Positions 46,006 to 55,476 of a DNA stretch of 64,000 nt are shown piece after piece (within the stretch, counting starts at the first letter, position 1; the number at the start of each line of letters is the position of its first letter). A program made the position numbers and the translations under genes. The notes beneath the pieces were generated by a model, which worked only from the letters and a program-made list of their open reading frames with translations, was not told the DNA's origin and did no database searches. Origin of the DNA: an uncultured bacterium (GTDB taxonomy: Bacteria > Desulfobacterota > Desulfobaccia > Desulfobaccales > 0-14-0-80-60-11); NCBI GenBank assembly GCA_937943575.1, contig CALEAV010000014.1, positions 51,857-115,856 of the forward strand. The letters are read 5' to 3'.

Positions 46006-46333
46006 GCGGGAAGAGGAAGCCCTGCGCACCGCAGCCGAGGCGGAAATCCTGGCCGCGGCCCGGGACCAGGAGGCCCTCCTGACCCGGCTGGCGGCTTGGC
46101 AGCCGCCGCCGGAGGGCGGCTATGGGGGAGGGACGGCGGCCCAAGCCATCCCCGCTGGTCTGCGGCGCCGGCTGGCGGTCCAGGCGGCCCGCAACCGGGC
46201 CCTCCTGGAGGCGGCCCTGGAGACCATCCAGGATTTTCTCCACCTCCTGGCGGCGCCGGGCCCCGGAACCTACGAGCCGCAGGGCCGCCTCACCACCGGC
46301 GGCGGTGGCAGCCTGGTGCACCGCCGGGTATGA
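45935..46333 (+). CDS. FlgN-like flagellar chaperone (tentative)
   Basis: Helical 132-aa protein (ELARQLLLCLEREEEALRTAAE...RNRALLEAALETIQDFLHLL) located immediately upstream of flgK. It overlaps the previous gene by 71 nt. Confidence 0.45.
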   Translation: MESGSPNPRETPEELARQLLLCLEREEEALRTAAEAEILAAARDQEALLTRLAAWQPPPEGGYGGGTAAQAIPAGLRRRLAVQAARNRALLEAALETIQDFLHLLAAPGPGTYEPQGRLTTGGGGSLVHRRV

Positions 46334-46589
46334 GGCCGGGGCCCGGGGCGGGGCGGGAGGGGTCCCTGGCGATGCGCAGGGCCGTCCCGGCCGGGCCGCA
46401 GGCACAGGGGAGGGGCACCCGGAGCCGGGCCGGGAAACGGGCGCCCCGGGAGAGACCGCGCCCTTCATCACCGGAGGGCCACCCCCCGGCCGGGGGAAGG
46501 TCACCTGACGCAGATACCGGCGCCCCCAAAGGGGCCTCTGGGCGGCTCCCGGTCTCCGGAGCCCTGGATGTGCTGAGGAGGAGGCACTC

Positions 46590-48305
46590 ATGCCCGGCAT
46601 CACCGCCATCCTGGACATCGCCATGCGGGCCCTGGCCGCCGAGCAGCTGGGGGTGGAGGTCACCAGCCACAATGTGGCCAACGTCAACACCCCCGGCTAC
46701 TGCCGGCAGAAGGTGAATTATGTCACCGCCAACCCGGTGCCCTCCCCCTGGGGGCCCTTGGGAAACGGCGTCCGGGTGCAGGGGATTGAGCGGGCCTTCG
46801 ACCCCTTCATCGCCGCCCGCCTGGATCAGCAGAGCGCCACCCTGAGCGAATACCGTACCCTGGCGGCCCAGCTGGAGCAGGTGGCCGGGCTCTTCAACGA
46901 AACCCAGGCCGGCGGCCTCACCGAGCACCTGTCCGCCTTTTTCGCCGCCTGGCATGATCTGGCGGACCACCCCGTGGGGGCCGGGGAGCGCCAGGCTTTG
47001 CTCCAGGAGGCCCTGAGCCTCACCGAGGCCTTCCGCTACCGGGCGGACCAGCTGGTGGCGGCCCGCACCTCCCTCACCCGGCAGCTGGCCCCGGTCATCG
47101 AAAAGATCAATACCCATGCCCGGCGCATCGCCGAGCTCAATCGGGAGATCCAGATCTCCGAGGCCAACGGTCAGCTGGCCAACGACCTGAGGGACCAACG
47201 GCAGCGGGAGATCAGCGCCCTGGCGGAGCTCATCGGCATCCGCACCTATACCACCGCCGACGGTATGGTGAATGTCACCCTGGCCAACGGCTTTACCCTC
47301 ACCCAGGGGGTGCAGGCCTGGAACCTGACCTTCCAGATCACCCCGGCGGACACCGTGGCGGTCCTGTGGCAGGGTCCGGGCGGCCTGACAGAGGACCTCA
47401 CCGGGGGCTTAAGCGGCGGGCGGCTCACCGCCCTCATCACCATGCGGGACCAGCTCATCCCCCGCTACCAAAGCGAGCTGGACGGCCTGGCCCGGGAGCT
47501 CATCTACGCCGTGAACGAGCTCCACAGCCAGGGCACCGGCCTCACCCTGGCCGCCTCCCAGACCGGCACCTACGCCGTGACGGATGCCGGCCTGCCGTTG
47601 ACTGGCGCCGGTCTGCCCTTCGGCGACCGCCTCACCGCCGGCGCGGTGCACCTGGTGGTGGAGCGCGCCGGCCAGCCCGTGGCCCAGACCACTTTGGCCA
47701 TCGACCCCCTCATGTCCCTGAATGACCTCATCACCGCCATCAACACCGATGCGGGCCTGGGGGGGCTCATCACCGCCTCCGAGGCGGACGGGCGCCTGGT
47801 GCTCAGCGCCACGGTGCCCGGAGATGCCCTGGGCTTCGGGTCGGACACCGCCCACCTCTGGGCAAGCTTGGGCATTAACACCTTCTTCACCGGGGACAAA
47901 GCCTATACTTTCGGGGTCAATCCTTGGGTGGCGGCGGACGCCGGGGCCATCGCCAGCGGCCGCCTCAATCTGGATGGCACCCGGGCCCCCGGGGACAACC
48001 GCACCGCCCTGGCCCTGGCGGACCTGGAGACCGCCCCGGCGGGTCCCGACGGCCTCACCTTTGCCGCCGCCTATGAGCGCCTGGTGAGCGCCCTGGGCCT
48101 GGAGGGCGAGAGCGCCCGCCACCAGGCCGATTTTCTCCAGGCGGTGGTGGACCAGCTCACCCGCATGCGGGATGCGGTCTCCGGGGTGTCCCTGGATGAA
48201 GAGCTGGCCAACCTCATCAAATTCCAGCGGGCCTATCAGGCGGCGGCCCGCCTCATCACCATTGCCGATGAGCTGTATGAAACCCTCCTGGGCATCAAAC
48301 GATAG
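46590..48305 (+). CDS. flgK: Flagellar hook-associated protein 1 FlgK
   Basis: N-terminus MPGITAILDIAMRALAAEQLGVEVTSHNVANVNTPGY and C-terminus VSLDEELANLIKFQRAYQAAARLI. Confidence 0.85.
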   Translation: MPGITAILDIAMRALAAEQLGVEVTSHNVANVNTPGYCRQKVNYVTANPVPSPWGPLGNGVRVQGIERAFDPFIAARLDQQSATLSEYRTLAAQLEQVAGLFNETQAGGLTEHLSAFFAAWHDLADHPVGAGERQALLQEALSLTEAFRYRADQLVAARTSLTRQLAPVIEKINTHARRIAELNREIQISEANGQLANDLRDQRQREISALAELIGIRTYTTADGMVNVTLANGFTLTQGVQAWNLTFQITPADTVAVLWQGPGGLTEDLTGGLSGGRLTALITMRDQLIPRYQSELDGLARELIYAVNELHSQGTGLTLAASQTGTYAVTDAGLPLTGAGLPFGDRLTAGAVHLVVERAGQPVAQTTLAIDPLMSLNDLITAINTDAGLGGLITASEADGRLVLSATVPGDALGFGSDTAHLWASLGINTFFTGDKAYTFGVNPWVAADAGAIASGRLNLDGTRAPGDNRTALALADLETAPAGPDGLTFAAAYERLVSALGLEGESARHQADFLQAVVDQLTRMRDAVSGVSLDEELANLIKFQRAYQAAARLITIADELYETLLGIKR

Positions 48306-48318
48306 GGGGCCACCAGCC

Positions 48319-49488
48319 ATGCGCGTCTCCATGCCCACGATTTTCCATGGCATCCAGAGCCACCTGGCCTCTTTGGCAGAGGAATTGCAAAGGATCAATG
48401 CGAGTCTCGCCTCCGGCCGCAAGTATCAGAGCATCACGGACAACCCGGTGGAGGTGGGAGCCATGCTGGGGCTGGGCACCGAATCCGGCCAGGTGGTGCA
48501 ATACCAGCGCAATCTGGCCACCGCCCAGGACTGGCTCAGGGTCACGGAGACGACCCTGCAGAATATCAACGACCTGGTGCGGCGGGCCATGACCCTGGCC
48601 AACCAGATGGCCACGGGCACCTACACCGCCGCCCAGCGGGCCGCCGCCGCCAAGGAGGTCCAGGGGCTGCTGGAGGAGGTGATGCAGGTGGGCAACACCC
48701 GCTACAACGGCCAATACATCCTTTCAGGCTACCGGGTGCACACCGCCCCCTTTGCCCCCGGGGACTTCGAGATCACCGGCCCCGTCCTGCATCTCCTCCC
48801 CGGCTCCACCGGCAGCGTCACCCCCGGCGGCACCTATACCGGCACTGCCCCCGTGAGCTACGTGGTGGAGATCGTCCACGGCGGCCCCGTGGGAGTGGCC
48901 ACCTACCGGGTCTCCACGGACGGGGGCCAGACCTGGTCCGGGGAGGCGGTGACGGGGGCAGGGGTCCCCGTGGGCTCAGACGGGGTGACGGCGGATTTTT
49001 TTGGCACCTGGCAGGCAAAAGATCGCTTCAGTATTTCCGTGCAGCAGCCGATAGAATATCAGGGGGACGAGCATCCCCTGGAACTGGGCATCGGCCGCCA
49101 GAGCCGGCTCCAGGTGAACCAGGTGGGCAAGTCCGTGGTGGGGGGCGACGGCGGGCCCCTGGATGTCTTCCGCATCCTGGGCCGGTTGCAAAACGGGTTG
49201 CAGGCCAATGACCTGACGGAGATCGGGGCGTCCCTGGAGGAGCTGCGCACCTACCAGAACCACCTGCACGGCCGCCTGGCCGCCCTGGGGGCCGGACTCA
49301 ACCGGGTGGAGGTGAAAAACCGGGTTTATGACAGCGTTCTGAGTCGCCTGCAAAGCGCCCTGAGCGCCAAGGGGGATACGGAGGTGGTGAGCGCCGTCAA
49401 TTCCCTGAAGGCGGCGGAAACGGCCTACCAGGCGGCTCTGTTGTCCGCCACCAAGGTGATGAGCCTCAGCCTGTTGGAATATATGTAA
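48319..49488 (+). CDS. flgL: Flagellar hook-associated protein 3 FlgL
   Basis: Flagellin-like N-terminus (MRVSMPTIFHGIQSHLA...LASGRKY) and C-terminus (LKAAETAYQAALLSATKVMSLSLLEYM). It follows flgK. Confidence 0.8.
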   Translation: MRVSMPTIFHGIQSHLASLAEELQRINASLASGRKYQSITDNPVEVGAMLGLGTESGQVVQYQRNLATAQDWLRVTETTLQNINDLVRRAMTLANQMATGTYTAAQRAAAAKEVQGLLEEVMQVGNTRYNGQYILSGYRVHTAPFAPGDFEITGPVLHLLPGSTGSVTPGGTYTGTAPVSYVVEIVHGGPVGVATYRVSTDGGQTWSGEAVTGAGVPVGSDGVTADFFGTWQAKDRFSISVQQPIEYQGDEHPLELGIGRQSRLQVNQVGKSVVGGDGGPLDVFRILGRLQNGLQANDLTEIGASLEELRTYQNHLHGRLAALGAGLNRVEVKNRVYDSVLSRLQSALSAKGDTEVVSAVNSLKAAETAYQAALLSATKVMSLSLLEYM

Positions 49489-49586
49489 CCAGCAACCCGA
49501 GCAAAGAGACCGAGCACCCCCGGAGCGGTGGCGGGCCACCCGTGCAGGGGGAGGCCTGAGGGCCATCGGTAACCAGGAAGGTGACC

Positions 49587-49853
49587 GTGCTGATTCTCAC
49601 CCGCAAAGCCGGAGAGGGCCTGTACATCGGTGATCACATCCGCATCACCGTGGTGGAAATCCGGGGCAAGCAGATCCGCCTCGGGATTGAAGCGCCGGAA
49701 CATGTGGTCGTTCTCAGGGAGGAGATCTATCACCGCATCCGGGAACAGAACCTCCGGGCTGCGGGGGTGGCGCCCCTGGACGTCAAAGAGATCGCCCAGC
49801 TGTGGAGGCAGGAAAAGGACCATGAGTCCCAACCCCCAAACCCGACCCCCTGA
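49587..49853 (+). CDS. csrA: Carbon storage regulator CsrA with a long C-terminal extension
   Basis: (M)[47 protein letters not shown]. An AGGAAGG RBS precedes the start. GTG at 49587 is preferred over GTG at 49581. Confidence 0.9.
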   Translation: MLILTRKAGEGLYIGDHIRITVVEIRGKQIRLGIEAPEHVVVLREEIYHRIREQNLRAAGVAPLDVKEIAQLWRQEKDHESQPPNPTP

Positions 49854-50301
49854 GGCCGCCCCGGTCTCGGTGGACACCCGCAACTTCGGCCCCCTGGTGG
49901 TGCAGCCGGAGCAGATCCTGGAATTCCGCCCGGGCCTTCTGGGCTTTGCGGATCATACCCGTTATGTCCTCATCGAACGCCCCCAGGATGCGCCTTTTCT
50001 CTGGCTGCAATCCGTGGAGGTGCCGGATCTGGCCTTCGTGGTGGTGGACCCGGTCCTTTTCTTCCCCCATTATCAGCCGGAACAGCGGCCTCAAGTCCTC
50101 AAGGAAGTGGAAGCCCAGAGCCCCGCGGAGGTGAAAGTCCTGGTCATTGTCACCATCCCCCCGGGCCGGCCCCAGGAGATGACCGTCAATCTCCTGGGTC
50201 CTCTGATCATCAACCTCCGGACCCGCCGGGGCCGCCAGGTGGTTCTGGAGGACCAACGCCTGTCCCACCGCCAGCCGCTGCTGCCGGCCTCCCCTCCCTG
50301 A
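49822..50301 (+). CDS. fliW: Flagellar assembly factor FliW (CsrA antagonist)
   Basis: [20 protein letters not shown]...[20 protein letters not shown]...[22 protein letters not shown] is the FliW pattern. It overlaps csrA by 32 nt. Confidence 0.85.
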   Translation: MSPNPQTRPPEAAPVSVDTRNFGPLVVQPEQILEFRPGLLGFADHTRYVLIERPQDAPFLWLQSVEVPDLAFVVVDPVLFFPHYQPEQRPQVLKEVEAQSPAEVKVLVIVTIPPGRPQEMTVNLLGPLIINLRTRRGRQVVLEDQRLSHRQPLLPASPP

Positions 50302-50832
50302 GGAACCCCGGGGGAAGAAGCCGGCGGAAGCGCAAATCACCGGCCCGGCGAGCCTGGGTGGCCACGGCCGCGAACCCGGGGGGAGGAGGCGGAAATCACC
50401 CTGTTCACCTGCTGGCACTGCGCCCCATGGGCCCGGATCGCCCGGGAGGGAAGCCCACCGCCCTGGTATGCACTGCTCCCCGGGCGCAGGGGCCGCCACC
50501 TCCTGGCCGGCCCAAGGGGGAGGGGCCCAGGATCAGGGGCCACCCATCCCACCACCATAAGGCTGTCGTCCCGGCGAAGCGGCCGCGTCTATCTGAGGGA
50601 CCTGGGGCATGTGCCGGCCGTGGAGCACGATGGGGCCGGTCGCCCTGGTGACGCGGCCGCGTCCATCTGGGGGATTTCTCCTTCGGGATGCCCTCGGGAA
50701 GGCAGGCGTCGGGCTGGCCGCCTCCCTTTCCCGGCTGGTGGACTTCCAGGCAATCTCCGGCCATCCGGGGGCCTGCCCTACGCAATTTGGGTGGACCTGG
50801 CCGGGGCGACCGGGGCTGTCATGGCGGCGGTT

Positions 50833-50985
50833 GCCTGCCGGCACTGTATTGGGGTGGCAGTGGGGGATTCCCGCCGCTTTCAGTCCCGGGGTTGCCTGCC
50901 GGCCCTGCGCCCGGGGGGAAGTGGGGCGGGGGCCGCCTGACCCTGATCAATCCGGCCTGCCGGCCCTGCGCCGGGGGGAGGTGGC
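50833..50985 (+). repeat. Three tandem units, each about a 31-nt core plus about 30 nt of unique sequence
   Basis: GCCTGCCGGC(C/A)CTG... cores start at 50833, 50893 and 50955. Copies 2 and 3 are nearly identical over about 31 nt and then diverge completely. Confidence 0.6.
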
Positions 50986-51120
50986 CAGGAACTCCTTTGC
51001 CCTCCTCACAATCTCCCCGCAGGCGTCCTCCGCCTTTGGGCCGGGCCCCGGAGCCCGTCGCCGCGGCAGGTTTTTCCCGCCCTCCCTCCCATTTTGGCGC
51101 TGCAGCAGCAAAATATTGAG

Positions 51121-51148
51121 TTGACTTTCCCCGGGGGCTCATTATACT
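51121..51148 (+). promoter_or_regulatory. Sigma70-type promoter
   Basis: TTGACT-N16-TATACT in a locally AT-rich patch, about 85 nt upstream of the ATG at 51233. Confidence 0.5.
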
Positions 51149-51232
51149 TAGGGTCAGTGATAGCTGCGGCTTTTTCTGTCATCTCCATCGGGGGGGAAAG
51201 CCGGGGACCAAATCACCAAAAGGAGGAAGGGT

Positions 51233-51553
51233 ATGCGGTCGAAAGTGGTGGTAGCTGTGATCCTGGCAGTGGTGGCGGCGATGTTCCTCGCCTCCGGCGC
51301 CATGGCCCAGAAACTGCTGTGCGTCTCCAAACAGGACCTCAAAGGCGAAGAAACGGTGGCTTCCTGCCTGGCCAAGGGTGAGCGTTTCGCCATCGTGGAC
51401 CAGTTCGGCATCGTGCGTATCCTGACCCCGGAAGAGGTGGAACTGACCAAGGCGTTCAACCCCAAGGCTTTTGAGATGCGGGCTTTCGGCCTCAAGTATG
51501 AAAAGCTGGCGCCGAAAATCGCCCCCCTGCCGGTTTCTCCCGAACAGCAGTAA
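51233..51553 (+). CDS. Small secreted hypothetical protein
   Basis: AAGGAGGAAGGG RBS. Signal peptide MRSKVVVAVILAVVAAMFLASGAMA. The mature part has two Cys. I recognised no family. Confidence 0.6.
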   Translation: MRSKVVVAVILAVVAAMFLASGAMAQKLLCVSKQDLKGEETVASCLAKGERFAIVDQFGIVRILTPEEVELTKAFNPKAFEMRAFGLKYEKLAPKIAPLPVSPEQQ

Positions 51554-51608
51554 GCCGCCTCTTTGGGCAGGAACCCGGCATCGCTGGGATACCGGAAAAT
51601 GACAAGAA

Positions 51609-51646
51609 GCGCCCCCAGAGCTCATTGCACGGGGGCGCTTTTCTTT
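51609..51646 (+). terminator. Rho-independent terminator
   Basis: GCGCCCCC, a 14-nt loop, then GGGGGCGC, followed by TTTTCTTT. Confidence 0.7.
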
Positions 51647-51674
51647 GGAACCTGGGACCAGGGGAGGCCCGGGG

Positions 51675-52406
51675 ATGAACATGCTGGAGATTGAGGACCT
51701 CTGGGTCCAGATTGACGGCCGGGACGTGCTGCGGGGCATCAACCTGGTGATCCCCGTGGGAGAGACCCACATCCTCTTCGGGAAAAACGGCTCCGGCAAG
51801 ACCTCTCTGCTCATGACCATCATGGGCTTCAGCCGCTACCAGGTGGTTAAGGGGCGCATCCTGCTCCAGGGCGAGGAGATCACCCATCTGCCCCCCTTTG
51901 AGCGGGCCCGCCGGGGGGTGGGCCTGGCCTTCCAGCGCCCCCCCACCATCCGGGGCCTCAAGACCCTGGATCTGCTGCGGGCCTGCGCCAGGGGCAGCCA
52001 GGAGGTGCTGGCCCTGGCCCAGCGCTACGACTTCCTGCCCTTTCTGGACCGGGAAGTGAACTACGGCTTTTCCGGCGGCGAGCTCAAGCGGTCGGAGCTC
52101 ATGCAGCTTCTGGCCCAGGACCCCGCCCTGGTGCTTTTGGATGAGCCGGAATCCGGGGTGGATCTGGAAAACCTCCAGGTGGTGGGGGAGATCATTTCCC
52201 AGCTCCTGCAGAAAGGCCGGCGTCGCTCCCACCGGGACAAATCCGGCCTCATCATCACCCATACCGGGTTCATCCTGAACTATGTCCATGCAGATGTGGG
52301 CTACATCATGCTGGAGGGCCAGGTCCTGTGCGCCGGCAACCCCCGGGAGCTCCTGGAGGACATCAAAAAATTCGGCTACGAGGAGTGCATCCGATGTCGG
52401 AGGTGA
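51675..52406 (+). CDS. sufC: Fe-S cluster assembly ATPase SufC
   Basis: MNMLEIEDLWVQI, Walker A GKNGSGKTSL, signature FSGGELKRSE and Walker B VLLDEPESGVD. Confidence 0.85.
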   Translation: MNMLEIEDLWVQIDGRDVLRGINLVIPVGETHILFGKNGSGKTSLLMTIMGFSRYQVVKGRILLQGEEITHLPPFERARRGVGLAFQRPPTIRGLKTLDLLRACARGSQEVLALAQRYDFLPFLDREVNYGFSGGELKRSELMQLLAQDPALVLLDEPESGVDLENLQVVGEIISQLLQKGRRRSHRDKSGLIITHTGFILNYVHADVGYIMLEGQVLCAGNPRELLEDIKKFGYEECIRCRR

Positions 52407-53605
52407 AGGCCAAGGCCAGGCAAAGCCTCAGCAAAAAAGCCCCCCTGGGCCCGGACCTCAATCTGGAGGACTTTGTCCGGGAAGGCGGCGCCTGGAGCTA
52501 CGACCCCGACTACAGCCGTTTCACCCCGGAGGAACGGGGTCACCTGCTGCGGGCCGGCATCGAGCTCACTGATCAGGAGCACGCCGGCACCTTCCTCCAG
52601 GCCGACGCCGCGGTGGTGCACTGCCGGGTCAACCGGCCGGGGCTGGAGGTGATGCCCCTCACCCGGGCCCGGGAGCAGCACGGGTGGCTGGCGGACCTCC
52701 TCTGGACTCTCGTGCCGGTGGATGCCGACAAATACACCGCCTATGCCGAACTCACCCCCGGCAACGGCTATTTCATCCGGGCCCTTCCCGGCGTCAAGGT
52801 GCCTGAGCCGGTGGAGGCCTGTCTCTACCTGCGCACCGACCGCTTCGCCCAGCCGGTGCACAATGTGGTCATCGTCGAGCCCGGGGCCCGGCTGCACATC
52901 ATCACCGGCTGCACCACCCACCCCCAGGTGCGCTCCGGCCTGCACGTGGGCGTCTCCGAGTTTTTCGTCCGGGAAGGCGGCCATCTGACCTTCACCATGG
53001 TGCACAACTGGGCCGAGGAGGTCCATGTCCGGCCCCGCACCGCCGTATGGGTGGAGGCCGGGGGCACCTACATCTCCCACTACATCCTCCTGCGGCCGGT
53101 GAAGACGGTGCAGACCTACCCCACCGTCACCCTGGCCGGGCCCGAGGCGGTGGCCAGCCTCAACTCCATCCTCATCGCCCACCCGGGCTCCGAGATCGAC
53201 ATCGGCGGCCGGGTGCTCCTCAAGGCCCCCGGCACCCGGGCCGAGGTCATCGCCCGCACCCTCACCACCGGCGGCACCTGCATCAGCCGGGGCCACCTGG
53301 TGGGGGAGGTGCCGGAGGTCAGGGCCCATCTGGAATGCCGCGGCCTCATCCTGGCGCCCCGGGGCATCATTTACGCCATCCCGGAACTGGAGGGCCGGGC
53401 CGCCGGCGTGGACCTCTCTCATGAGGCGGCGGTGGGCCGCATCGCCCAGGAGGAAGTGGAATACCTCATGGCCCGGGGGCTGGACGAGGACCAGGCGGTT
53501 TCCACCATCGTGCGGGGGTTCCTCTCGGTGCAGATCGAGGGCCTCCCCCAAACCCTGGTGGCCGAGCTGGAGCAGGCGGTGCAGGAGTCCGGCAAGGGCC
53601 TGTGA
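52394..53605 (+). CDS. SufB/SufD-family Fe-S assembly scaffold protein
   Basis: SufBD beta-helix region with typical C-terminal motifs (HEAAVGRIAQEEVEYLMARGLDEDQAVSTIVRGF). It overlaps sufC by 13 nt. Confidence 0.8.
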   Translation: MSEVKAKARQSLSKKAPLGPDLNLEDFVREGGAWSYDPDYSRFTPEERGHLLRAGIELTDQEHAGTFLQADAAVVHCRVNRPGLEVMPLTRAREQHGWLADLLWTLVPVDADKYTAYAELTPGNGYFIRALPGVKVPEPVEACLYLRTDRFAQPVHNVVIVEPGARLHIITGCTTHPQVRSGLHVGVSEFFVREGGHLTFTMVHNWAEEVHVRPRTAVWVEAGGTYISHYILLRPVKTVQTYPTVTLAGPEAVASLNSILIAHPGSEIDIGGRVLLKAPGTRAEVIARTLTTGGTCISRGHLVGEVPEVRAHLECRGLILAPRGIIYAIPELEGRAAGVDLSHEAAVGRIAQEEVEYLMARGLDEDQAVSTIVRGFLSVQIEGLPQTLVAELEQAVQESGKGL

Positions 53606-54513
53606 GATCAGATGCCAGCGGGTGAGGACACGGCCGACGAGTCGCCGGGGCCTTATTTTGCGCCGGCTCCAGGTCAACCTGCCCTTGCGGTGCCTTTCGG
53701 CGGGCATCCCCCGATGTGAAGCATAAGTCCCGGCCAGAGAGCGGTATTGCCACCCAGCAGGGGCGGCCAGACCCCGGAGCGCACAGCCTCGGCGCTCCCC
53801 TCCCCCTCTTTCGCCGAGAGGCAATTTTTCCCGGCCCCCCTCCCGGCATCGTGCCGCCCCTGCCTCAAACAGGGCCGTCAGGGAAGGGGCCTGCCTCCGG
53901 CGATCCGGCCGGAGAGAGGCCACACCCCGCCTGCCCTGACCCGGAGGTCACAAGGGGGCTGCCCAGGAAAGGAATTCCCCTGGCTGCGGCAGGCCTCCGG
54001 CCCCGCAGCAGGGGCAGAGGAGCCCGCTCATCTTTTCCCCCAGCCCCAGGATCGCCGGCTTGACATGGCGGCAAAAGGTGATGGCCGGGCGCACCTCCGC
54101 CACGGCAGTCTCCTGGGGGTGGTGACCGTGATGGCACGGGCGCAGGTGGCGCCGGCCGGGGGCCCTCGGGCAGTTCACCCTGACCGGGTCTTCCCTTGCC
54201 GGACCGATCCGGTGGTCGCGCCGGTGGCATGAAAAAACCTACGCCACCCTCTGCCGGAAGTCGGGCGATCCCCCACCGGCCGGGTCATCCCCGACCCCAG
54301 GGGGGCGGAGAGGACCAGGATGCCTGGCTGCGGGGGAACACGGGCCCCGGGGGGAGAGCCTCCCGGGGAGGGACGCCCTCCGCCCCTTCGGAGGCGGGTC
54401 TGCGCCGGGCGATGGCACAGGCAGGGCTTGGTGGTAAAAGTATCCGGAAGAAAACGCTCGCCCTTTGCCACGGCCGCATGAACCCTGCTTTCTGCCGTGG
54501 CGGGGTTCCCGGG

Positions 54514-55473
54514 TCACAGGAAGAGTTCGGTGGAGAGATAGCGCTCCCCGGTGCTGGCCAGGATGACCACGATGGTCTTGCCCCGGTTTTCCGGCCGGCG
54601 GGCCAGCTTAAGGGCCGCATAAACCGTGGCTCCCGAGGAGATGCCGCAGAGAATCCCCTCCCGCCGGGCCACCTCCCGGGCGGTGGCCAGGGCGTCCTCA
54701 TCGCTGACTTGGATGATCTCGTCAATGATGCGGGTATTCAGGACCGGCGGGACAAACCCGGCCCCGATGCCCTGGATCTTATGGGGCCCTGGGGGGCCGC
54801 CGGAGAGCACCGGCGAGGCGGCGGGCTCCACCGCCACGAGGCGGACGTCCGGCTTGCGTGCCTTCAGGACCTCGCCCACACCGGTGATGGTGCCGCCGGT
54901 GCCCACGCCGGCCACGAAGATGTCCACGGCGCCGTCCGTATCCTGCCAGATCTCCACGGCCGTGGTCCGCCGGTGCACCTCGGGATTGGCCGGATTGGCG
55001 AATTGATCCGGCATGTAGGCCCCCGCGGTGTGGGCGACGATCTCCCGGGCCCGGGCAACAGCCCCGGCCATCCCCTGGGCGGCGGGGGTCAGGATGAGTT
55101 CGGCCCCCAGGTGGTGAAGGAGCTTCCGTCTCTCCAGGCTCATGCTCTCGGGCATGGTCAGGATCAGGCGGTAGCTCCGGGCGGCGCAGACAAAGGCCAG
55201 GGCGATGCCGGTGTTGCCGCTGGTGGGTTCAACGATCACCGTGTCCCGGCGGATGAGGCCGGCTCTTTCGGCCGCCTGGATCATGGCCACGCCGATGCGG
55301 TCCTTGACGCTCCCCAGGGGGTTCATGGACTCCATTTTGGCCAGAAGAACGGCCGGCAGACCGCGGCCCAGGGCGTTAAGGCGGATGAGAGGCGTCCGCC
55401 CCACAGCAGATAGAACATCAGCGCAGAAGGCTGCCACCCCTTCCTTCCTTTCCGGCACCCTGCCCTCAGCCAC
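54514..55473 (-). CDS. cysK: Cysteine synthase A (O-acetylserine sulfhydrylase)
   Basis: GRTPLIRLN, the PLP-lysine region [20 protein letters not shown] and GTGGTITG. Confidence 0.9.
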   Translation of the reverse strand: MAEGRVPERKEGVAAFCADVLSAVGRTPLIRLNALGRGLPAVLLAKMESMNPLGSVKDRIGVAMIQAAERAGLIRRDTVIVEPTSGNTGIALAFVCAARSYRLILTMPESMSLERRKLLHHLGAELILTPAAQGMAGAVARAREIVAHTAGAYMPDQFANPANPEVHRRTTAVEIWQDTDGAVDIFVAGVGTGGTITGVGEVLKARKPDVRLVAVEPAASPVLSGGPPGPHKIQGIGAGFVPPVLNTRIIDEIIQVSDEDALATAREVARREGILCGISSGATVYAALKLARRPENRGKTIVVILASTGERYLSTELFL

Positions 55474-55476
55474 GAG

